From positions 868,001 to 932,000 of the forward strand of contig VRMN01000006.1 of the NCBI GenBank assembly GCA_008690995.1: 64,000 nucleotides of DNA, written 5' to 3'. Below the pieces are notes generated by a model, which saw nothing but the letters and a program-made list of their open reading frames with translations, did not search any database and had not been told where the DNA came from. This DNA comes from Porphyridium purpureum (lineage: Eukaryota). The translations under genes were made by a program, and so were the position numbers. Positions 56,330 through 64,000 of this stretch are shown here, piece by piece. Every line of letters begins with the position of its first letter. The first letter of the stretch is position 1.

Positions 56330-59300
56330 CGCCTCTTTCGGAGAAGAGCAAGACCAGCTTGCTTCCGCTTCTTCTTTCCCTTTCGGAGGTGGCGCCCGTA
56401 CAAGAGTCCGCTCGCTGTGCCGCAGCAGCGTTGTCACGCAATGCGCTCACCGCCCACCGCGCGCGATATTTTCCGAACGAACTCTGTCGCGCGCGCCTCT
56501 CGCGCCCGCGTGCCGGCAAGTGCGCGTTGGTGCGCCTGGTTGATTCACGCCGCGTCGAGCACAACAAGTCGAGCCGCAATCGAGCAACGCACACACCGGT
56601 CCACCTCTTTCAGACTTGCTCACACGCGGGCGCCTGTCGCGCGAGCGAGCGCGCGGTGAAACGAGCTCGCCGCGCCGCGTGGTGCGCTAGGGTTCCTCCT
56701 AGGGTAAATCTAGCATTCGCGTTAGGGTGGTGCGCATGATGTGCGCGGCATGTGGAAGAATCCCGCGATACCGCTAACGATCGCTGAACCGCATGATGGG
56801 GCAGCGGCAGGTGCACGTCGCAAGAGACGATCTGTCGCTTTCCAACCCTATCTTCGGTTCAGCTGGGAAGTCGTCTCGTATTTGATATACCTAGGCTGAA
56901 GGGGTGAGGCCAGCTTTCCACTGTGTCCATCGCAAAGGACACCGTGCCAATAGGAGCAGATCGCTATGGCTCCTATTAAAATGACTTCATTCAATCACAT
57001 TTGCTTATAAACGCTGGACTAAAAAGATAAGGAAGAAGCGCGGCAAAAAGCCTACGGGAAAAAAACTCTGACGCTCCCTTTTATACACAGTCCGCGCGCC
57101 CCCTCCGAAAAGTGAGGGGTCGCCTTTCTGTGCCCTTTCCTCTTCGAGTACTCGATCGCTCGGCCGAATGCGCCGTTTATTCGATTACTCTGGCGCGACC
57201 AGTCGCAGCAACTCTTGGCCTCTGTTGATTTCTCGCAGTGCCTGCATGTTGCATGACAGCCTGAGCTGGGCTGTAGGAGGAGGAGATGGTACGAGGGCCG
57301 TCGTGGCCAAGCGGAAACGCGTAGAGCCCGGTAGGGCGTAAGCCTTTGCGGGTGGGGCCGTCGCCGGAATCGAAGGGGCGCGGTACAGAGGCGCGGTCAT
57401 GGATACGAGGAAGGGAACCGGAGGCTAATTCTGGTCAAGCTATTTTTCCTCAGGCGTTTTTAGCACTAGAACTGGCCTCTAAAAGGCAGTCGATTTATGA
57501 TGGGATTGATAGTGTGAGAAAAGAAACAGTATGGATTTTGGGTGACAAAAGTGGTACTTGTGAGTCATTGATGTGATTCGCTTGGGCAGAAGTAGCTACC
57601 GAGCGTGAGCTTCTAAAACTTGAGGGGTTATATGGGAGGGGGGAAGGAGTGTTTACGGACAGGAACGTTCGCGTGGGGGTGAGCCTGCTTTCGGGGCGAA
57701 ATATTTTATCTTTTATTGCTGGGCAGCAACATGTACAGCCGCCGCTCCTGGAACGGCCGAGCCGCCGATTCATTAGGCTCCTCAGGTAAGGGTGGCACAA
57801 TCAAGTCTTTCGACAGTAGAGCTTCAATAAAGTTGAAAGCACATTTCACTGACACAAAGTTGTAGTTTCCGGCCGCCCGCACGCAAGAGCTCATGATATT
57901 AGAATACCGCCGAGCCGGTACGCGCGCCCCACGTGAACTAACCCTTGTCCCGACTCTCCCTCTCATCTCTTAATCATAGCAAGAGGCGCAGCCCGCGGAA
58001 GAATTTGTGATTTGGTTCGAATCGCTCAGTGCCCACACGCGCCCAGAGTATGGAGCTTTTGCATTTGTGTTCGAGATTGGGGTCGGACCAAGGCTCTAAA
58101 ATACCCACATCCACCCACGGCTCCTGTCGAGACGATCGAGTTGCCGAGACACGTGGACGAGAAAATGCGAGTTTTCGTGGTCAAGGAACAGATGCGCGCT
58201 GAGTTCAAGAGGGCTCGCGTGAGGGTATTTGGACTCACCATCGGGCAACTCAGTGCCGCATCTCGCGCCGCACTGAAGCGCCGCTCGACCTGGACACAGC
58301 TGGCCCAAGGCTTCAACGACCCGCTCTCGTTCGTGCATGAAGTAACTCTTGTGAACATGACGCGAGACAAGACGGAACTCGCCAAATTGCTTTTTGCGCG
58401 CCAGCACTAAAACGCCGTACGAATGGAGCCTGGGAGGACCTGTCCTGTTTTAAAAAACGTTTTGAAGCAACACCTCTGGTCATGCAGATTGTTGGCGAGA
58501 GCGTGCCGTCTGGTTAACGCCTTGGCCTGGATTTCCTAGAAAAAGTGAGCACGGGGCACTTAATTGAAGCTGTGGCGTACCACAAGAACGTCGGCATGCG
58601 CACAATGAGTGTCGATCAGACTTGTTAACTCTGACCGACTTTAAATTCAAGCCAGCGCCAGGGCTCGAGGCAGCGATGCATCAGACCGCACTCACCGAAG
58701 AAAGAAACGAAGAGCCGCGCGTTGCAATTTCGCTTGGGCAATCGCAGCACAAGGCGACCAGAAACCCACCAAGACAATGCTGACAAGATGCGGCTCATTC
58801 GAGACTTGCAGCACACAACACGCAGGCTGTTTAAGACTCGCGCTTCGCAAGGAAGACCCACTGGGGCTACCGACGCTGCGCACAAGCAACTTGCGACCAA
58901 CGGATGATGAAATCAATGAGCATGCCTCCGCATGAGGATGCGGCCTACGACCCCAGCCGGCTCGTGGGCGCAGACAAGGATGGGCGCTCAAGAGCGCCAT
59001 ACCCTTTGGGGACGACGAAGTGGGGCTTGATACGTTGGCCAGCAAGCACATCTTGCGCAGCAAGAGCCTGATCATCAACTATTGCCGGGCAAGGTAATCT
59101 CTTCACCTTTCGGGAATCTGAGAGGCAATACGAGAGCAGCGCGTCGAGCTCTGCGGAGACACTGGTATCGGCGTTGTGTCCTGGAGCATGCACGTGAGCG
59201 CAAACCTGCAGTGTGCCGGTCGCCTGAAACAGGCAGGCCACGACCTGACCTCTGATCACGGCAAAGACCAGTTGATGCTTCACTTGCCCGCCGGCGATCT

Positions 59301-59715
59301 TTTAATCCTTACTCACCGACTCGACCATGTGCACACGTGCAGAGTGAACGATAACGTGGCTTTCTTTTAACAATTGATGACGAATCCTTTCCTTCCCCCC
59401 ATCTGCTCGTCGTTCTTTTGTTATTCTTGCTTATTTTTCTCCGCCATCCGCGCGACCGCGTCCTTTATATAGACGCCCGGCAGGGCCTCGTTGATGCGTC
59501 CTGACCAAGTCGAGTCACGTCCATCAGCACCCGCCGGGTCGCTAGTCAAATCACATCACACCACATCCGCCGAATCCCCGCCACGACGTCGCGGTAGATT
59601 CGCGTCCGTCCTTCCACAGGCCCGTCGACGAGCGGGACGAGTACCTTGCCACCGATAAGGAGTCTTTTCGTCGTTTGAGTATTGTACCCACCTCCAATCG
59701 CATCGTGTGCTCCAC

Positions 59716-61399
59716 ACTGCTCGCTGTGACCGAGGACGACCAGGAGGTTACTAAGCAAGAGATAGACAAAGCCCGCGAGGCCCGAGATCTAGTGCGAAAG
59801 CTGGCCTACGCGTCAACCTCCGCGCTGCTGCATGCCATGAGCAGTGGGGCTCTGATCGGTACGAGTGTCACAGCTAGAGATGTCGACCGCGCGCTTGTTT
59901 TTTGGGGCCCGGACGTCGCAGCCCTGAAGGGTCGTACCACTGGGCACCGGAGCCCAAAGATTCCAGAAGTGCGGCGTTGGCTGGCAAGGCAGCAACAAAG
60001 CCTGCACTGCGACGTGATGTTCATCGAAAGACAGCCTTTCTTGCTTGCCGTAGCCAAACCTTCGCAATACATGTATGCGACGTCAATGCGTACCAAGGCC
60101 GCGGCGGACATTGGACGGGCGCTACGCGCACAAATTACGCACGTCTCAGCTCACAATATTCTCATTAATGAGATTCGGTCCGACCCGGAGAGCGGCCTCG
60201 TCGCAGTCGCAGAGGAGCTTTTGCGTGCAGGTATCCTGCCGGAGATTACGGCTGCCACCGAGGCCGTGCCCGCCGCCGAGCGCGCCATAAGGCTCGTGAA
60301 GGAACGTGTGCGCTGCGTTGTCAATGGCCTTCCGTTTCGACTGCCGCTCGGGCTTCTGGCGGCCGCTGTACAATACTGCGTGCAGCGGTTGAACATGCTG
60401 CCATCCACGGTTTCTCAGAGCCCCGGTGCAAGCGCTCGCGAACTCTTCACTGGTCTAAAAAGCGATGCAAGTCGAGACCTGCGCCTGAAGTTCGGCGAGT
60501 ACATTCAAGTGCACACAGCCAAGACAGGCAACTCGCTAGAGCCGCCAACAGAGGGGTGCATTGCGCTACATGGCTCAGACAACTTGAGCGGCAGCTGGCA
60601 CATATTCGGTCTAAACACGGGCCGGATAACAGTTCGTCAGCGCTGGACGCAGCTGCCGACGCCTGCAGAAGTCATTGAGCGCATGAACGATCTTGCGCAC
60701 GGCGGAGTGGTTCTGCTCGATACAGACCACAGCGAGCGTGGCTTGGACGAGGTAGACAATGCCACGGAACCGGTTCATGAAGCATCAGCATCCACGGTAC
60801 CTACTTATTACAAGGATGAGCACGAGGTTGCTGGCACGACATATGAACCAAATGAGTTGCCAGCAACTTACCTATCTAGTGAAGACGCTGACCTGCCTGA
60901 CAAGCATGAGTCTGTACGTGAAAACGATCAGCTTGCAGCTGCTTCCGAACAAGCACGACTGCCGTCCATCCGGGACGCGACCACTACCAGCCCGTCCCCA
61001 AGTCCACGAATGCTGCAGCACCAGCAATCACCAAAGCTTGCCAGCAACGATGCAGAGGCACTGCACGGAAACCCGGTTCACGAGCGCGACGATTTAGAGC
61101 CACCGGGAAACCCTGGAGTGCTAGGACCAGCGGAAAACCCGGGAGTGCACAAAACTGCGGAGAATCTAGGAGGCCATGAAACTGCGGAAGAACTGGGAGC
61201 ACATGAATCCGCAGAAGGGTCGGGGGCGCAGCATCCTATAGGCGACTACTGGCCTTCCCCGTCGCCGGCACCAGAGTCGGTGCGCCTCAAGGAGCAAGCA
61301 ATCGAAATCAAACCTGACCGCAAGCGTAAGGCTCCTACAAACGGCGAGCAACAGGAGGCGTGCGAGCCGCTGGAAGATCTGCTAAGGCGTAGCCACTAA
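59716..61399 (+). pseudogene. Copia integrase region
   Basis: 'WGPDVAALKGRTT', 'LHCDVMF', 'SDPE', 'AVPAAERAIRLVKER', 'LKFGEYIQVH'; same frame as the RT ORF but separated by TAA (61397) and TAG (61439). Confidence 0.88.
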
Positions 61400-61480
61400 A
61401 TCATCACGGAGCTCAAGCGCACGGCTGGAGCCATGCCGTAGCGAGGCAAGCGTGCGCGCAAGCCGAGCACGAGGACAAGC

Positions 61481-63307
61481 ATGAGCAAGCGCAAAGCCAC
61501 GGGCGTCGTCGAACCTAACGAGGTCAGCAAGAGAGCTCGCGCATTTCTCACCATGCTCAAGCGTGCCTCGGCGATGCATCTCAGTGCAAAGGCAGCCTAC
61601 CGACAATGCGGTGCTGGGGCGCTGCAGGCTGTCGTAGCCGAGGTTGCCCAAATGCTTCCACGGCATGGCAAGGATGTTCTGCACCCGGTGGCACTGCGCA
61701 ACATGTCATGGGCGCAAAGGCGAATGATCATCCCATCGCACCTTTTCGTTAAAGCGCAGATATGGGCCAATGGCGACCTGAAGAAAATGAAGGCGCGCTT
61801 GGTTGCTGGCGGAAACCTTCACGACAAGTCACTGCATCCGGACGTGTCATCGCCAACAGCGTCTACAAACGCGCTCTTCTTTATCGCTGCATTGACCGCG
61901 CAAGAAAATCGCGCAGTGGCAAGTATCGATTTCCCTGGCGCCTTCCTCAATGCCCAGATGCCGGACAACCCGCCGACGTATATCCGCCTGAACCGATTTT
62001 TAGCAAACACGCTGGTTGCCATTGAGACGCGCTACCAAACACAGCAGAACGTCCACGGAACAATGATCTGCCGCTTAAATAAGGCACTTTACGGCACCAT
62101 TCTGGCAGCAAAGCTTTGGTACGAAAAGCTTACAGGCCTGCTCGTGAAGCTGCGATTCGCGCCGAACCCATACGACGCATGCGTTTGGAACCGAGAGCAG
62201 CATGGACGCCACGTGACTGTGGTCATGCATGTGGATGATGTCCTTGTTTCCGCGCCCAGTGAAAGCGACATTGACGGTTTGATTCGAGAGATTAAACATG
62301 AGTATGACGGCGTTGAGCGACACCGCGGCAAGATCCTGAGCTACGTCGGGATGGTATTCGATTTCAATACTCCTGGGATCGTCTCCGTGAGCATGCCAGG
62401 CTACGTGGAGACAGTACTTGAAGAATCCCCGGTCAGCGGCCGCAGCTCCTCCCCAGCCGGTACAAACCTCTTTGCTGTGAGCAATAAGGTCGAGCGTCTG
62501 TCCGGCCCGCGTGCAGACCGTTTCCATTCTCTGGTGTGCAAGCTGTTGTATATGGCGAAATGTGCGCGTCCTGACTTGTTGACCGCGGTCAGCTTTTTGA
62601 GCACGCGCGTAACCACGCCGACCGTCGAAAATGAGAGAAAACTCCAGCGTGCGCTGCGTTACCTCTCCACTACCTGCGATCTCGGCGTTGCCTTTGCCGT
62701 CTCCAGCCCACCGACAGCTTCTGTGGACGCTGCATTCGATGTCCACGAGGGCATGACCAGCCACACTGGCGTCGCCATTTCGCTGGGACGCGGGGCAATT
62801 TTTGCCAAGAGCAGCAAGCAGAAAGTCGTTGCAGAGAGCAGCACTGAAGCTGAGCTGGTCGCGGTCAGCGACAACGTTGGGCAGCTCATCTGGACCCGCA
62901 ACTTTCTTGCGGTACAGGGCGTGGACTTAGGCGCGGCGCACTTGCTACAGGACAATATGTCCACGATGGCAATGATTGCCAATGACCGCCCAAAGTCGTC
63001 CCGTACTCGTCACATGCATATCCGGCACTTCTTCGTCACCGACAAGGCGAAGAACGGGGAGGTTGTGGTGCACCACTGCCCCAGCGACGGCATAACCGCC
63101 GATATCTTAACCAAGCCATTGCAGGGGCCAAGGTTTCAAAAGCTGCGAGATCAGCTACTCGGACGAACGCCCTTCCGCGCCAAGCAGGCAGGGAGTGTGT
63201 TGAAGAATGCGGCGGTACAGCTACCGACAGATGAACCGCACGACGAAGAAGCAGCAGGTGCCTGCATAGGCGCCGCTGCCGGGACGGCCGAGGCGCGGAT
63301 CTCTTAG
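61481..63307 (+). pseudogene. Copia reverse transcriptase-RNase H region
   Basis: 'KARLVAGG', 'DFPGAFLNA', 'LNKALYG', 'HVDD', 'ARPDL', 'SSTEAELVA', 'QDN', 'ADILTKPLQG'. Confidence 0.92.
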
Positions 63308-64000
63308 ACCCTTTCGGGAGGGTGTCACGTTCAACTTTGCCAACAGTAGACTTTCTATAAAGTTGAAAGTGGATTTTATAACAATCGTATCCCTAGAGTA
63401 TCTTGTGGCTGTGCAACAAATGTGTTGGAATGGAAACCCTAGAGGTAAATACTGTCTACACCTGTGCTCAGTCGCATGCACGGTCAAAGCAGAAGGTGGC
63501 TCAAGACGAGCTGCGCCAAGTGCTGACAAGAAAGGGGGCGCGACACCAAGTGCTGATAAGAAACAGGACGCGGCGCCCCTTGGCCAACGCTACCCCTAAA
63601 TGGGCAGCACAATTGTTTTTACAAGTTTTTTATGGAATCCTTTTGTTGCACGACCGGTCAAGTGGTCGTGAAGTGGCCGACAAGCAGAGGTTTTTCAAAC
63701 GTGCGGGTTTTTTCCTCGAGCGAAGTCGGCCTTATATAAAGCGTCACGTATGATGGCTAGAATGGAAAAAAGTAAAAAGAGAGTAACTGTCAATTGAAGA
63801 AGAAGAAGAATCTTTGAGAAGGGAAGAATTGCTGCGTGACGGTCATTGGCAGCAAAAAACCAGGTACAGATTAAAGTGTACCTGGAGTGGAGGAAAGAGG
63901 AAGGAAAAACTCAAAGCGTTTTACCCACAACACCGAGACGCTCATTGAAGTTGAGAAGAATAGGAGCGACCGAGACCTTCGGTTGATGTGTGAGGACGGT

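Larger units (their letters stand above)
57793..63383 (+). mobile_element. Ty1/Copia retrotransposon, CoDi-like, pseudogenised
   Basis: gag fragments (58012-58900), PR 'VGLDTLASKH', IN then RT-RH order, PPT GGGAGGG before TGTCAC (63323), diverged ~61-bp terminal direct repeats. Confidence 0.9.

Noticed and set aside
61397..61441. Programmed stop-codon read-through between IN and RT
   Set aside because: Two separate in-frame stops, plus further stops and an insertion upstream, indicate decay

Overview
Eukaryotic nuclear DNA: gene-dense, nearly intron-free and GC-rich. It is most likely from a unicellular red alga (Porphyridium-like), inferred from compact genes, an 'AAFV' plastid transit peptide and cyanobacterial-type genes. 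1-26 kb and 42-57 kb are housekeeping blocks. The first holds a Slo/BK-like K+ channel, ARMC1-like, a Siw14-type phosphatase with 2 introns, a FLASH-N-terminus-like microprotein, TGS1, a CAMKK/GRIK-like kinase, DUF3110-like, C11orf98-like, a COX5C/Cox9-like subunit, a cyanobacterial-type pseudokinase and a tail-anchored CBM48 protein. The second holds an ankyrin protein, a bacterial-type ABC-F, ETFQO, PNPase, PLAC8 and MTHFR. 26.5-42 kb is a transposon island: an intact, very young Ty3/Gypsy element (identical 290-bp LTRs, GCGAG TSD, A-AAA-AAC -1 frameshift), a decayed Tc1/mariner and two decayed, abutting Copia elements. 57.8-63.4 kb is a CoDi-like Copia. The most striking signal is that the Gypsy LTR carries a strong heat-shock-element array plus a cluster of AACGG/CCGTT motifs shared with host promoters in this window, and its 3' LTR points at a host glucan-binding gene. 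Other highlights are a BK-like channel with His in place of the S4 arginines, a probable HGT ABC-F and a stand-alone FLASH-NTD-like protein. Family assignments come from motif recognition only; no searches were run.
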